DNA of 64,000 nucleotides from a virus. The DNA lies in IMG/VR virus record IMGVR_UViG_3300032287_001974, positions 1 through 64,000 of that record. One strand, 5' to 3'. A program made the translations under genes and the position numbers. The notes beneath the pieces were generated by a model. The model saw only the letters and a program-made list of their open reading frames with translations, ran no database searches and had not been told where the DNA came from. Shown here one piece after another: positions 52,943 to 62,141 of the stretch (position 1 is the first letter of the stretch; each line of letters opens with the position of its first letter).

Positions 52943-54784
52943 TTAGTTCTTTCTACTAGAAACGGAACTGGCAGCAGCGGCTGCTGCGCTAGTGGCTGCT
53001 CCCGTTGCCGCTTGTACTGCTGCTCCAACAGCAACTACAGCCACAACTACTTGCTTTTCCGCTAATTCACGGACTGCGGGGGACATATCAGAACCGACGT
53101 TGCCCATAAAGTTAATGGCGTCAGTAAGGGCGACTACGGCGGCTCCAAGTACAGGAACAGCAGCCAGTTCAGGATCTACCTCAATGTCGTCTGCTTGGGC
53201 AGCCACAAATAGGGCTTCAAGAGCCTGAGTATATTCAGGAGAGCCTTGTTCAGTATTTTCAAGTACCGTGTAAGCGGCTTCTACTAGCTCTTCTACCTGA
53301 GCTTCGCTAAGTTCTTGCGGATCAATCTCAGTTAGGTTTTCCATTACAGCTAAAGATTCTTCGGTGGCTGCTGCTTCGTCTGGAGGCTGTACCGGTTCGG
53401 GCTGTACCGGTGTTGGCTCTTCAACAGGTTCCTCGCTAGGCGAAGGTTCAGATGCTGGCTCTTCCTCAGATGGAACGGGGTCAACTGGCTCCTCTACTGG
53501 GGTAGCGTCTATTACCGCCTGAGTAAGGGCAGGGATAGCCGCCACAGCTGTGTTTAATCTATTGTCCGCGTTTTCTTGGTCAATAACTGCTGAATCATAA
53601 ATAGATTTAGATGCTAATTCCGCCGCTACTTTATCAATTAAAATGGCCTGAAGTGTAGGGTCATGGATCAAAGGGGCCGTGGCATCCATCACCGGTTCTT
53701 CGGTAAAGAACGTTTCTGTTTCCCAAACGGTGATGTCTTCGGACGTAACCACGTCCTCGTACGTGACGACGTCTACCCAAACAATTACCTCTTCAAACGT
53801 AGTCTCAGTAACCCAAGTGACAACATCTTCGTAAGTTGTTACCGCCTCATACGTAGTCTCTGTTATAGTCTGCTCACCAAACCAGCTTGGCGGGACAATA
53901 GTGTTGGCTGTGCCAGCGGTTGAATAAAACAGCTGTACCCATGCGCCACCGCCATTTTCGTAGTAGTACAGGGTAGTTGGGTAAAGAATGCCCGCTCTAA
54001 TCCACATTGGCTCAGAGATAGTTCCACCGCCACCTTTGTCGTACCAGTCATTAATAAGCGACATACCAGCGATGGTTAGTTTGATCCCATCGTCGCCCGG
54101 GGCGTAAAACGTGTACCAACCGTCGGAAGGGACCATAATATTGCCCTCAAATGCGACAAGAACGTCCTCTGCCTTGCCCGAGTTAAGCACCAAACCGCCG
54201 CCCCACTGGAAGTCAATGTTTTGTACATTTTGTACAGAAAGCGGGGTCTCGTTAGCCGTTGGTAGCGGCGGAGCATTGTTGTACCCCTGGCGATTATAGG
54301 ACTTAGCCATTAATCCGCCAGGAACTACTGTTGTTGTAGTGCGGGGAACATAGGTCGTAGTAGCAACTTGAGTCACTACCGGAACTTCCTGTGTGTGCGT
54401 CACAATCTCTGTGTGCGGGGTAGGAGTAACATGCTCAACAGTTGTGGTCGTAGTAATGGTTTCAATGTGTGAAACCTCACGAGTGTGGGCTACCTGCTCA
54501 GTAGGCCTTACCCAAGCAGGGTCAGGTATTAACTCGTTGTCGTATTCGCTTTGGGCGTTTGCACGGTTAACTTGAGACGCCTCATACTCAGCAAGGGTTG
54601 AGGATACTTTTTGATCTGCGGTTTCTTTTGCTAGGGTAGCGTCAGTTACCTCTTGCTGACCTGCAGCAAGAGCTAATTGTGCCTCTTCAAAACTTTGGGC
54701 GTAGGCTGGTGACTGAAATAGTAGCGGACTAAAGGCTACAAAGACTATTCCGATTGATGCTGCGATTTTTCGCAGTTTTTGCAA
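52943..54784 (-). CDS. Secreted/membrane-anchored PA14-domain protein
   Basis: Signal peptide ending AYA; IDFQWGGG...GDDGIKL...INDW...YYENGGGA PA14 motifs; Pro/Glu linker; C-terminal hydrophobic segments. Confidence 0.8.
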   Translation of the reverse strand: MQKLRKIAASIGIVFVAFSPLLFQSPAYAQSFEEAQLALAAGQQEVTDATLAKETADQKVSSTLAEYEASQVNRANAQSEYDNELIPDPAWVRPTEQVAHTREVSHIETITTTTTVEHVTPTPHTEIVTHTQEVPVVTQVATTTYVPRTTTTVVPGGLMAKSYNRQGYNNAPPLPTANETPLSVQNVQNIDFQWGGGLVLNSGKAEDVLVAFEGNIMVPSDGWYTFYAPGDDGIKLTIAGMSLINDWYDKGGGGTISEPMWIRAGILYPTTLYYYENGGGAWVQLFYSTAGTANTIVPPSWFGEQTITETTYEAVTTYEDVVTWVTETTFEEVIVWVDVVTYEDVVTSEDITVWETETFFTEEPVMDATAPLIHDPTLQAILIDKVAAELASKSIYDSAVIDQENADNRLNTAVAAIPALTQAVIDATPVEEPVDPVPSEEEPASEPSPSEEPVEEPTPVQPEPVQPPDEAAATEESLAVMENLTEIDPQELSEAQVEELVEAAYTVLENTEQGSPEYTQALEALFVAAQADDIEVDPELAAVPVLGAAVVALTDAINFMGNVGSDMSPAVRELAEKQVVVAVVAVGAAVQAATGAATSAAAAAASSVSSRKN

Positions 54785-54815
54785 TCAAATCCTTTTAGAT
54801 AAGGGGGGTAGCTCA

Positions 54816-54850
54816 ATTATCGCCGATATGCTAGCATTTTTCTCTATAAA
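54816..54850 (-). promoter_or_regulatory. Putative late promoter TTTATAGAG-N20-GATAAT for the lysis/membrane cassette
   Basis: Same motif and spacing as the plus-strand late promoters. Confidence 0.55.
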
Positions 54851-54978
54851 CCGACCGTAGCTCCCAAGAAGCTCTCTCGGGTTGTGTTATAGTGGCTCTT
54901 ACAACTAAATAGTGGTAACAATGTCACTTTGACAATAAACGACCGAGTACTAACTACCAAGGAAAGGTAGGTCGCTAA

Positions 54979-55548
54979 ATGAAGAAGATCATTGCAATCG
55001 GTGCTATCGCACTAGTAATGACAAGCTGCAGTTCATCAGCATCTGCAGTGGAAACAAAGGCTAGTGCAGTAGCCGTCGTACGGGTTGTGGAACCCGTCAG
55101 CTTTCTAACGAAAGTTAAGCACAAGCAGTTGGACTTTAAAAAAGAAATCAAACTGCGCGGCATAACTAACAAAATGGAAAGTGTAGTAAACCAGGTAAAG
55201 AGCCGTGTCGGCAAGACATGGTACGTTTTCTCTGGCGCATCGCCTAGAGGCTGGGATTGTTCCGGCCTTACATACTGGGCGTATGAACAATTAGGAATAG
55301 AAATCCCTCACTCTGCTAATAAGCAGGGCCACCTTAATAAGGGTGTAAAAGACCCAAAGGTTGGCGATATCGTGCTGTTCGGTTACAAAGGAACACGCAC
55401 TTACTACCATGCCGCACTCTACATCGGTAACGGAAAAATAATCCATGCAGGATTCCGAAAGGGTACATCTACACAGATATTAGATCTGAATGACCCTTCA
55501 CTCAAAGGCAGCAAAGTTAAATTTGTTCGTCTCGTAGAAACACTATAA
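54979..55548 (+). CDS. NlpC/P60 cell-wall peptidase with signal peptide
   Basis: YVFSGASPRGWDCSG, GDIVLF and HAALYIGNGKIIHA motifs. Confidence 0.9.
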   Translation: MKKIIAIGAIALVMTSCSSSASAVETKASAVAVVRVVEPVSFLTKVKHKQLDFKKEIKLRGITNKMESVVNQVKSRVGKTWYVFSGASPRGWDCSGLTYWAYEQLGIEIPHSANKQGHLNKGVKDPKVGDIVLFGYKGTRTYYHAALYIGNGKIIHAGFRKGTSTQILDLNDPSLKGSKVKFVRLVETL

Positions 55549-55600
55549 ACTAGACCAGTAACGGCTGGGGGCGTGCGTAAAGTGCGCCCCCAACTTTAAT

Positions 55601-55673
55601 GCCTCAATAGCTCAGTTGGTAGAGCGCCATACTTGTAATATGGATGTCGCGGGTTCGATTCCTGCTTGGGGCT
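55601..55673 (+). tRNA. tRNA-Thr (TGT)
   Basis: Cloverleaf with CTTGTAA loop and TTCGATT T-loop. Confidence 0.92.
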
Positions 55674-55693
55674 CTCAATAACTAAGGAGAACC

Positions 55694-55924
55694 ATGTCTG
55701 TCGTTGTTTACAGCAACCCTAACTGTGTCCAGTGTGAGCAAACTAAAAGATTCTTAACCCTTAAGGGCATTGAGTTTGAGTCTAAGATGATTACCGATAG
55801 CCCGGAGGTCATGCCAATTATTGAGGAGAACGGCTACAAGTCCGCCCCAGTAGTAGTGGCTGGAGACAACAGCTGGTCCGGATTTAGACTTGACAAGTTA
55901 AGCTCGCTTGTCAACGTTAAGTAG
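55694..55924 (+). CDS. nrdH: NrdH-like glutaredoxin
   Basis: VYSNPNCVQC...APVV...WSGFR. Confidence 0.9.
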   Translation: MSVVVYSNPNCVQCEQTKRFLTLKGIEFESKMITDSPEVMPIIEENGYKSAPVVVAGDNSWSGFRLDKLSSLVNVK

Positions 55925-55939
55925 TGTATCCTTGACATA

Positions 55940-56030
55940 GACACGCCAATCGGGTGTCCTATAAAAATACTGTGCTGCGGGCAGTTATATAACTAACTAA
56001 GGCACAGTTGTCGTCTAAGGAGACAACATG
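55940..56030 (+). promoter_or_regulatory. Structured 5' UTR, possible RNA thermometer
   Basis: Multiple hairpins; GTTGTC/GACAAC encloses the AAGGAG RBS next to the ATG. Confidence 0.5.
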
Positions 56031-56573
56031 AGTAGAAATCCGTACGAAGAGTACGATAACTTCAAAAAGGGCAAGGGACAATTCCCGCCAAACCCCTACG
56101 AGCCACATGATCCGTGGCCAAAGCATCCGGAATGGAAAATTCCGGAAAAACCAAAAGTAATTACCATTTCCGACCTATTCCCGCGCATTGACCGCTGGGG
56201 TATTGGCTATCTCCCACTGCTAGAGCAGCTCAAGCAAATCGCTAATGAAAAGCCGTCGTACCCTCCGTATGACATCATTGACAATAAAAACGACACCACT
56301 ACGGTATCAGTTGCTGTTGCCGGCTTTACCAAGAAAGAGCTTGAGGTCAGCATCCACGAAGGTGTGCTAAAGATCGAAGGTAAGAAGAAGGCCAAGAAAG
56401 AAACTGGCGAGGTTGTCTACCAAGGCATCGCTGCCCGTGACTTTACGCTGACCTTCGCGCTTGCAGAGTACTTCGAGGCCCAATCAGCTTCGGTAGAGGA
56501 CGGCATGCTAACTATCACGCTCTTTAAGAACGTGCCTGATGAAAAGAAACCAAAGGTAATTGACATCAGCTAG
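56028..56573 (+). CDS. Hsp20 small heat-shock protein (IbpA-like)
   Basis: SYPPYDI, VAVAGF, YQGIAARDF and EDGML motifs. Confidence 0.92.
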   Translation: MSRNPYEEYDNFKKGKGQFPPNPYEPHDPWPKHPEWKIPEKPKVITISDLFPRIDRWGIGYLPLLEQLKQIANEKPSYPPYDIIDNKNDTTTVSVAVAGFTKKELEVSIHEGVLKIEGKKKAKKETGEVVYQGIAARDFTLTFALAEYFEAQSASVEDGMLTITLFKNVPDEKKPKVIDIS

Positions 56574-56594
56574 GTAATTTGGTAACCTAGAACA

Positions 56595-56631
56595 AAGCCC
56601 GGGATACACAGATGATGCGTCCCGGGCTTTT
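56595..56631 (+). terminator. Intrinsic terminator
   Basis: AAAGCCCGGGA/TCCCGGGCTTTT. Confidence 0.75.
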
Positions 56632-56645
56632 GCTATACTTGGTAT

Positions 56646-56810
56646 ATGCCTAACGCACCTAAAACCCCAACCAGGACCATTCGTGTTTCTGATGACCTAT
56701 GGACCGCCGCTCAAGCTCAGGCCGCCGAGCAGGGGATCACGGTAACTAGTGTGCTCATTGAGGCCCTAGAAAAATTTGTTTATCCTGAACTTGACAACCG
56801 GGAGAAATAA
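56646..56810 (+). CDS. Ribbon-helix-helix DNA-binding protein (not in track)
   Basis: TPTRTIRVSDDLWTAAQ..A...G.TVTSVLIEAL; leaderless after TGCTATACT. Confidence 0.8.
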   Translation: MPNAPKTPTRTIRVSDDLWTAAQAQAAEQGITVTSVLIEALEKFVYPELDNREK

Positions 56811-56819
56811 CCTTACGTT
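56779..56819 (+). promoter_or_regulatory. Overlapping SigA (TTGACA-N17-TACGTT) and late-type (TTTATCCTG-N20-TAACCT) promoters
   Basis: Both patterns present. Confidence 0.55.
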
Positions 56820-56872
56820 TGTATTGCTAAGAGTTAGCAAACCCCAAGGGGTTTTAGACTAATAAGGAATAC

Positions 56873-57307
56873 ATGCCAATCATCACTAACGAGCCAGCAC
56901 CAGATCTGGACCCAATCCGCCGCGAAGTTCAGCAGTACGTTACCCTAAAGGACGAGGCTGAAGCAATCACTGAGCGTGTTAACACCATCAAGAAGCGCCT
57001 AACTGGTTACATCGAAGACCTAGGCGAGCCAAACGAAAAAGGCAGCATTGTTCTTACGGTTGATGATGACCGCACCGGAACCCGCTCAATCGTAAAGCAA
57101 CGTCGAGTCTCAAAGCAGTTTGACGAGGACAAGGCAAACACCATACTCCAGTCAAAAGGTGTTTTTGAAACCTGCACCAAGACCATCACCGTTCTAGATC
57201 AAGACGCAGTAATGGCCGCCTACTACGAGGGCAAGCTTACCGATGACGACATTGACACCATGTTCCCTGAAAAGGTGACCTGGGCTATCGTTTTGGAGAA
57301 GAAGTAA
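56873..57307 (+). CDS. Hypothetical coiled-coil protein
   Basis: AAGGA RBS. Confidence 0.7.
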   Translation: MPIITNEPAPDLDPIRREVQQYVTLKDEAEAITERVNTIKKRLTGYIEDLGEPNEKGSIVLTVDDDRTGTRSIVKQRRVSKQFDEDKANTILQSKGVFETCTKTITVLDQDAVMAAYYEGKLTDDDIDTMFPEKVTWAIVLEKK

Positions 57308-57519
57308 TGTCCAAAATGGCCGAGCTACATGCTCGTGGCATCTCCAACCTGCGCGACTACGTTCTTGGTCGCCAGGACGAGCGCGAGGAACTGCTACGCA
57401 TTTTGGAACAGGAGCTAACTGCCGCTGACAAAATGTACGACACCGACATGGTGGAGATATGCACTCACCTAATTCAGGCGCTTAACGTTTTCCCTGTTGA
57501 AACAGAGGAGCCGGTATGA
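57307..57519 (+). CDS. Hypothetical protein
   Basis: Coupled ORF. Confidence 0.65.
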   Translation: MSKMAELHARGISNLRDYVLGRQDEREELLRILEQELTAADKMYDTDMVEICTHLIQALNVFPVETEEPV

Positions 57520-57752
57520 GCAAATCATTTTCAGAAATTTTTGCAAAGTTTAACCCTCTAGAGATACTTAAAGAAGAAATGCGGGTAGACATAAATAACC
57601 CGTCTCCGGCCGTTGAAGAGATACTTGCATTAGGAGCACAGGCAGAACGTGTGCGAATCCACAATGCAGTATCTAAGCTTAATGTCGACTCGTTTGATGA
57701 CATCTGTTACAAAGCAGACGTGCTCGCGCTTCTAGAGGCAGACAAGAAATGA
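57516..57752 (+). CDS. Hypothetical protein
   Basis: ATGA coupling. Confidence 0.65.
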   Translation: MSKSFSEIFAKFNPLEILKEEMRVDINNPSPAVEEILALGAQAERVRIHNAVSKLNVDSFDDICYKADVLALLEADKK

Positions 57753-57925
57753 ACGAAGACATAACTAAGCAAGAGATACTTGTTTTTGTGGCTATTTTTC
57801 TTGTTATGATTGGCACCCTAGTTTATGGTTTCTTTTTTGCTGGGGTCGGAAAAGTAGATAGCTGCTGGGATAAGTACTCTACGGAAGAAGAAGCCATACT
57901 TAATTGTGAGGGAGAAAACAAGTGA
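57749..57925 (+). CDS. 58 aa single-TM protein (not in track)
   Basis: ATGA coupling; TM followed by CWDKY...AILNCE. Confidence 0.6.
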   Translation: MNEDITKQEILVFVAIFLVMIGTLVYGFFFAGVGKVDSCWDKYSTEEEAILNCEGENK

Positions 57926-58089
57926 GCATTATTGCTTATGACGCAGGTCTTAAAGACGGCAAATCTGAAACCATCCAAAAAGTGCTTGACAAAATCAGCG
58001 ATATGATGGTTGACCCGCCCATGCGCGGGGACATAGCGCTGTCAGATCTTCGCCGGTTCATTGACTCCGAGTTTTTAAAAGATAAGTAA
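57922..58089 (+). CDS. 55 aa hypothetical protein (not in track)
   Basis: GTGA coupling. Confidence 0.5.
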   Translation: MSIIAYDAGLKDGKSETIQKVLDKISDMMVDPPMRGDIALSDLRRFIDSEFLKDK

Positions 58090-58099
58090 CAGGTTCACC

Positions 58100-58570
58100 A
58101 TGGCATCAGACTTTTTTGACGAAACATTCGCTGACTTGGATAAGTTCTATCCAAACAGCAAGCGTAAGCGCCGTGAACCTGTCGCACCTAAAGCACCAGT
58201 TGTAACTAGCTGGGAAGACACATACTTTGAAAAAACTTTGCCAAATGGTAGACAACTTCAAATGTATACACTAGGCTCTTTAGCTAAGGCCCTAGGACGT
58301 TCAACCAAAACCATGAGGCAATGGTTGGACAAAGGAATACTTCCATCATCTCCTTACCGACTCCCCTCCAAGCAGGGAGCCAATGGTAAGGAGTATGCTG
58401 GGAGGCGCTTGTACAGCAAGGCTATGGTGGAGGCCGCGGTAGTGATTTTTGCTAACGCTGGACTTATGGACACAGATCGTGTAGACTGGTCTATACACCG
58501 GAATCTTGTTGACAAGATCGCCGAGGCGTGGGAAACTATCCGCGCAAAAGAAATGCAAACAACTAATTAA
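58100..58570 (+). CDS. MerR-like HTH DNA-binding protein
   Basis: YTLGSLAKALGRSTKTMRQW..KGILP...RRLYS. Confidence 0.8.
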   Translation: MASDFFDETFADLDKFYPNSKRKRREPVAPKAPVVTSWEDTYFEKTLPNGRQLQMYTLGSLAKALGRSTKTMRQWLDKGILPSSPYRLPSKQGANGKEYAGRRLYSKAMVEAAVVIFANAGLMDTDRVDWSIHRNLVDKIAEAWETIRAKEMQTTN

Positions 58571-58578
58571 GGAAAAAC

Positions 58579-59238
58579 ATGCCAGTACAGCAAAATGCCC
58601 CAGATGCCGCCAGCTACGTTGCCGACGACATTGACAACCGTCCAGAGCAGAACACTGCTACATCGACCTCAGTCCTTTCGGGCTGGGATGCCGCGGACAG
58701 CATTACCACTACGAGCGATTACCCAACTGAGGTAAAGTTCGAAGAGAACAAGCACCAGGTTTTTAAATTCCTGGACGAGAGTGGCCCATTCGCCATCTAC
58801 AAGCAGCACTTCCTAAAGCAGAAGACAAGCGGTAAGCGCTCGTACGTCTGCATCGGTGCTGATTGCCCACTATGCGTTAAGCTCCAGGACCGCCCGGAGA
58901 ACAAGCGCGCATTCACCGTTGTTACCCTCAACTCACCAGAGGGAATGCAGCGTCAGATGCTCATCTCAGGTGCACGCCTTTACCAGGCTTTGCACGCAGC
59001 TCACTACTCACCACAGGGCCCGCTTACCAAGGGCTACTGGGCGATTGTGCGCCTCGGTAAGGGTCCACAGACCACTTACACGGTAACTCCTATCAAGGAG
59101 CGCGACCTCGACGAAGACTGGAGCATCAGCCAGGAAAAGGCTGCCTCAGTAGTCTCTTCTTCAGAGGTTTACACTCGCGGACTCATCAAGGAACACTCGC
59201 TAGAGGAACTTGACGAGATCGCGGACTCGCTTATCTAG
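58579..59238 (+). CDS. ssDNA-binding protein (gp32-like)
   Basis: QHF...YVC...DCPLC zinc motif; R.GKGPQTTYTV; acidic tail. Confidence 0.75.
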   Translation: MPVQQNAPDAASYVADDIDNRPEQNTATSTSVLSGWDAADSITTTSDYPTEVKFEENKHQVFKFLDESGPFAIYKQHFLKQKTSGKRSYVCIGADCPLCVKLQDRPENKRAFTVVTLNSPEGMQRQMLISGARLYQALHAAHYSPQGPLTKGYWAIVRLGKGPQTTYTVTPIKERDLDEDWSISQEKAASVVSSSEVYTRGLIKEHSLEELDEIADSLI

Positions 59239-59252
59239 ATAACCCAGCGATT

Positions 59253-59280
59253 GGCGGGGGACTAACCTCCCCCGCCTTTT
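59253..59280 (+). terminator. Intrinsic terminator
   Basis: GGCGGGGGA/TCCCCCGCC followed by TTTT. Confidence 0.8.
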
Positions 59281-59302
59281 GCGTCAATGCCAGGATGCCA
59301 AA

Positions 59303-61285
59303 ATGAATATCATCACCACTGCTGAACAACTATCCGAGATGGTAGACCACTACCTAACTCAAGACGCGTTTGCGTTTGACGTAGAGACCGTAGGACCACG
59401 CCGAGGCATGACCCCGGTGAACGAGGTCTTATGGATCACACTAGCCACACATGGCCGATGCGATGTTATCCCTATGGGTCACCCTAATGGTGATTTTGTA
59501 GAAGAGGTATTTCCGCTCACCGGCCAGGGTGAAATAAGAAAGCAAAAAGGGCTGCCACTGCGCCCTAGCGACTACAGCCGAGACAGCAAGAAAGCCACTA
59601 AGGTTTTTGGTCCTGCCCCCCAACAGCTTTACCCAGCTGAAGTCTTTAAGGCCCTAGAGCCTCTCATGTTCAACGAACAGATTTTAACTATTGGTCACAA
59701 CCTTGTGTTTGATGTCACGTCTATCTCTAAGTACTACGCCGGTCGCATACCTACCGCACCCTACTTCGACACCATGGTTGCCTCATTTGTAGTAGACAAC
59801 AGAAACAAGAACAAGTGCGGACTTGCAGACTGTCTTAAGCGCGAGTTTGGTTACGAAATGGAAAAGGGCGTTGGTAAGGAAGTTGAGGTCTACGACTTTG
59901 ACACTGTAGCCAAGTACGCTTACCTAGACTCTAAATACACGTTCTTGCTATGGAAGTCCTTAGTGCCAAAGCTACAGGTTGCTGATCTTGACCGAGTTAT
60001 GTCACTTGAGATGGATGTGCTAGGTGTGCTTTGCGACATGAAGCTTACCGGCGCAACGATTGACATCGAGTCTCTCAAGCAACTCAAGGAAGACCTAGAG
60101 GCAAAGGTAGAAGAAGCCAAGGGCAACATCTACAGGGCTGCTGGGCGTGAGTTTAACATTAACTCTAACCAAGAAAAGCAAGCCCTACTGTATGGGGCTA
60201 AAGAAGACGGCGGTCGCGGACTAAAGGCTAAGGTCCTTACCCCAAAGGGTAACCAGAAAGACCGAGACAACGTAGACCTATCATCCTCCGACTACTCTGT
60301 GTCAGCTGAGGCACTGGAGCCCTATCGTGACAAAGACCCGTTGGTAACCGCACTTCTGGAATACGCAGATTACAACAAACTTTTGTCTACCTACGTTATC
60401 CCATACCTAGGCGGCGACATCGAGAGAACTACAGCGGGAAAGACCCGAACTGAGACCAAAGAGACCATGCTGATTAATGGGCGACTCCACGGTGACTTTA
60501 TTCAGATCGGTGCTGAGACCGGACGCTTCTCTAGCCGAAACCCTAACCTACAGAACGTCCCTGCTCCGCACACGCCTCACGGTAAAGCGATTCGTAACTT
60601 GTTCGTAGCCCCTCCAGGTCACAAGCTAGTGGTCGCCGACTACTCGCAGATTGAGCCTCGCGTTATCGCCTCGTTCTCAGAAGACCCAATTATGATGGAC
60701 AACTATCTAAACGGTAAAGACATCTACACCACCGTGGGTGAGACTATGGGCGTAGATCGCAAGGCTGGCAAGGTGCTTGTCCTGGCAATGGCTTATGGGG
60801 TTGGCCCAGACAAAATTGCCGCAAGCATCGGGTGTACTAAGACTGAGGCTAAGGACCTACTGGACCGATTTGCGCATGAGTTTAGCTCAATATCTAAATA
60901 CCGAGCAAAGGTACTAGGCGCAACTCGTCAAGGTAAGCCTGTCCCACACATCAAGACCATCACAGGACGCCGCCGTTATTTACCAGAGATCCTGTCTAGG
61001 GATAACGGGTTCAGGGCCGGTGCAGAGCGCCAAGCGTTCAACACCAAGATTCAGGGCAGTGCTGCAGACATCATCAAGATAGCCATGGTCCGTGCGCACA
61101 AAATGATTCCAAAAGGTACTAAGATTATTCTTACGGTCCACGATGAGTTGGTACTCACCACTCCAGCAGAGACCGCTGATCAAGCAGCAGAAGCGCTGCG
61201 CGAAGCGATGGAGGACATCCAAGTGCTAAAAGTACCGTTGATTGCAGACGTAAAGGTAGTAGATAGATGGGGCGAGGCAAAGTAA
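59303..61285 (+). CDS. polA: Family A DNA polymerase with 3'-5' exonuclease
   Basis: FDVET, GHNLVFD, TGRFSSRNPNLQN, ADYSQIEPR, NTKIQGSAADI and TVHDEL motifs. Confidence 0.97.
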   Translation: MNIITTAEQLSEMVDHYLTQDAFAFDVETVGPRRGMTPVNEVLWITLATHGRCDVIPMGHPNGDFVEEVFPLTGQGEIRKQKGLPLRPSDYSRDSKKATKVFGPAPQQLYPAEVFKALEPLMFNEQILTIGHNLVFDVTSISKYYAGRIPTAPYFDTMVASFVVDNRNKNKCGLADCLKREFGYEMEKGVGKEVEVYDFDTVAKYAYLDSKYTFLLWKSLVPKLQVADLDRVMSLEMDVLGVLCDMKLTGATIDIESLKQLKEDLEAKVEEAKGNIYRAAGREFNINSNQEKQALLYGAKEDGGRGLKAKVLTPKGNQKDRDNVDLSSSDYSVSAEALEPYRDKDPLVTALLEYADYNKLLSTYVIPYLGGDIERTTAGKTRTETKETMLINGRLHGDFIQIGAETGRFSSRNPNLQNVPAPHTPHGKAIRNLFVAPPGHKLVVADYSQIEPRVIASFSEDPIMMDNYLNGKDIYTTVGETMGVDRKAGKVLVLAMAYGVGPDKIAASIGCTKTEAKDLLDRFAHEFSSISKYRAKVLGATRQGKPVPHIKTITGRRRYLPEILSRDNGFRAGAERQAFNTKIQGSAADIIKIAMVRAHKMIPKGTKIILTVHDELVLTTPAETADQAAEALREAMEDIQVLKVPLIADVKVVDRWGEAK

Positions 61286-61761
61286 TGTGGCCGTTCTCTA
61301 AAGGGCCTTCAGACGAAGGCGACGATTCAGAGCAAGGGGTCGAATACGTCATGGATAAAATTCCACTGACTACACTTTTTCGTTGGTACATGTACGACAT
61401 GAATGTAGATGAGCCAAACAAGCACACTAAAGTTTTTGATCTTACTCCAGTAAGCCCAGAGGGTGACGAAAAAGAAAGACAAGAGTCTGAGGCTCGCTCT
61501 GACCAGATAGAGCCTCTATTGTCGTTTCTAAACTTGTACGCTAATATGAACGCCCGATACATATTTGAAATGCAAAAAGCTGACCTATTAGATGCTCCCG
61601 ACATGACTGAAGCAAAGCTTAAAAACGAGTCTGCAACGATTCAAGCATTTTATAGGCAAATCACTTTTGCTGGATTAGTGACTACTTTTTCAAGCGCATT
61701 AGAACTCGGGCTGGTTACAATTAACGGCTCGTACACAGAGATAGATGAAGGAATCCTATGA
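61285..61761 (+). CDS. Hypothetical protein
   Basis: TAATG coupling at 61285. Confidence 0.7.
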   Translation: MWPFSKGPSDEGDDSEQGVEYVMDKIPLTTLFRWYMYDMNVDEPNKHTKVFDLTPVSPEGDEKERQESEARSDQIEPLLSFLNLYANMNARYIFEMQKADLLDAPDMTEAKLKNESATIQAFYRQITFAGLVTTFSSALELGLVTINGSYTEIDEGIL

Positions 61762-62141
61762 GTAACTCATGGTGGGCTGACAAGCTCGGAAATCAACAAG
61801 CACCTGCACAGAGACCGGCAGCACAGCCCTACGCAGCTCCCCCAAGCTATCCGTCGCAGACACCGCCGCCAATCGCTCAGGCGACTGCTGAGGGCCACAG
61901 GCTTCCAGCTAGCGCTGTGTCGTACGACCGCTGCCCAAACTGTTCTAGCGGTAACTACGGCAAGATGCCTGGCATGCCTGAAGCTAAGGCACGCTGCTAC
62001 GACTGCGGATATCCAATTACTCAGTCAGGGTCTGGCATGCCCGGAATGCACATCCCATCTAACGGTAATACCGAAGCTGCAAAACAAATCAGCACCAGCA
62101 ATAACTTCAACCCCGGAACTATCATTGATCGGATTGGCTAA
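61758..62141 (+). CDS. Pro/Gln-rich zinc-ribbon protein
   Basis: CPNC...CYDC. Confidence 0.7.
   Translation: MSNSWWADKLGNQQAPAQRPAAQPYAAPPSYPSQTPPPIAQATAEGHRLPASAVSYDRCPNCSSGNYGKMPGMPEAKARCYDCGYPITQSGSGMPGMHIPSNGNTEAAKQISTSNNFNPGTIIDRIG

Noticed and set aside
54895-54978. c-di-AMP (ydaO) riboswitch upstream of NlpC/P60
   Set aside because: The leader is too short and lacks the recognisable conserved blocks
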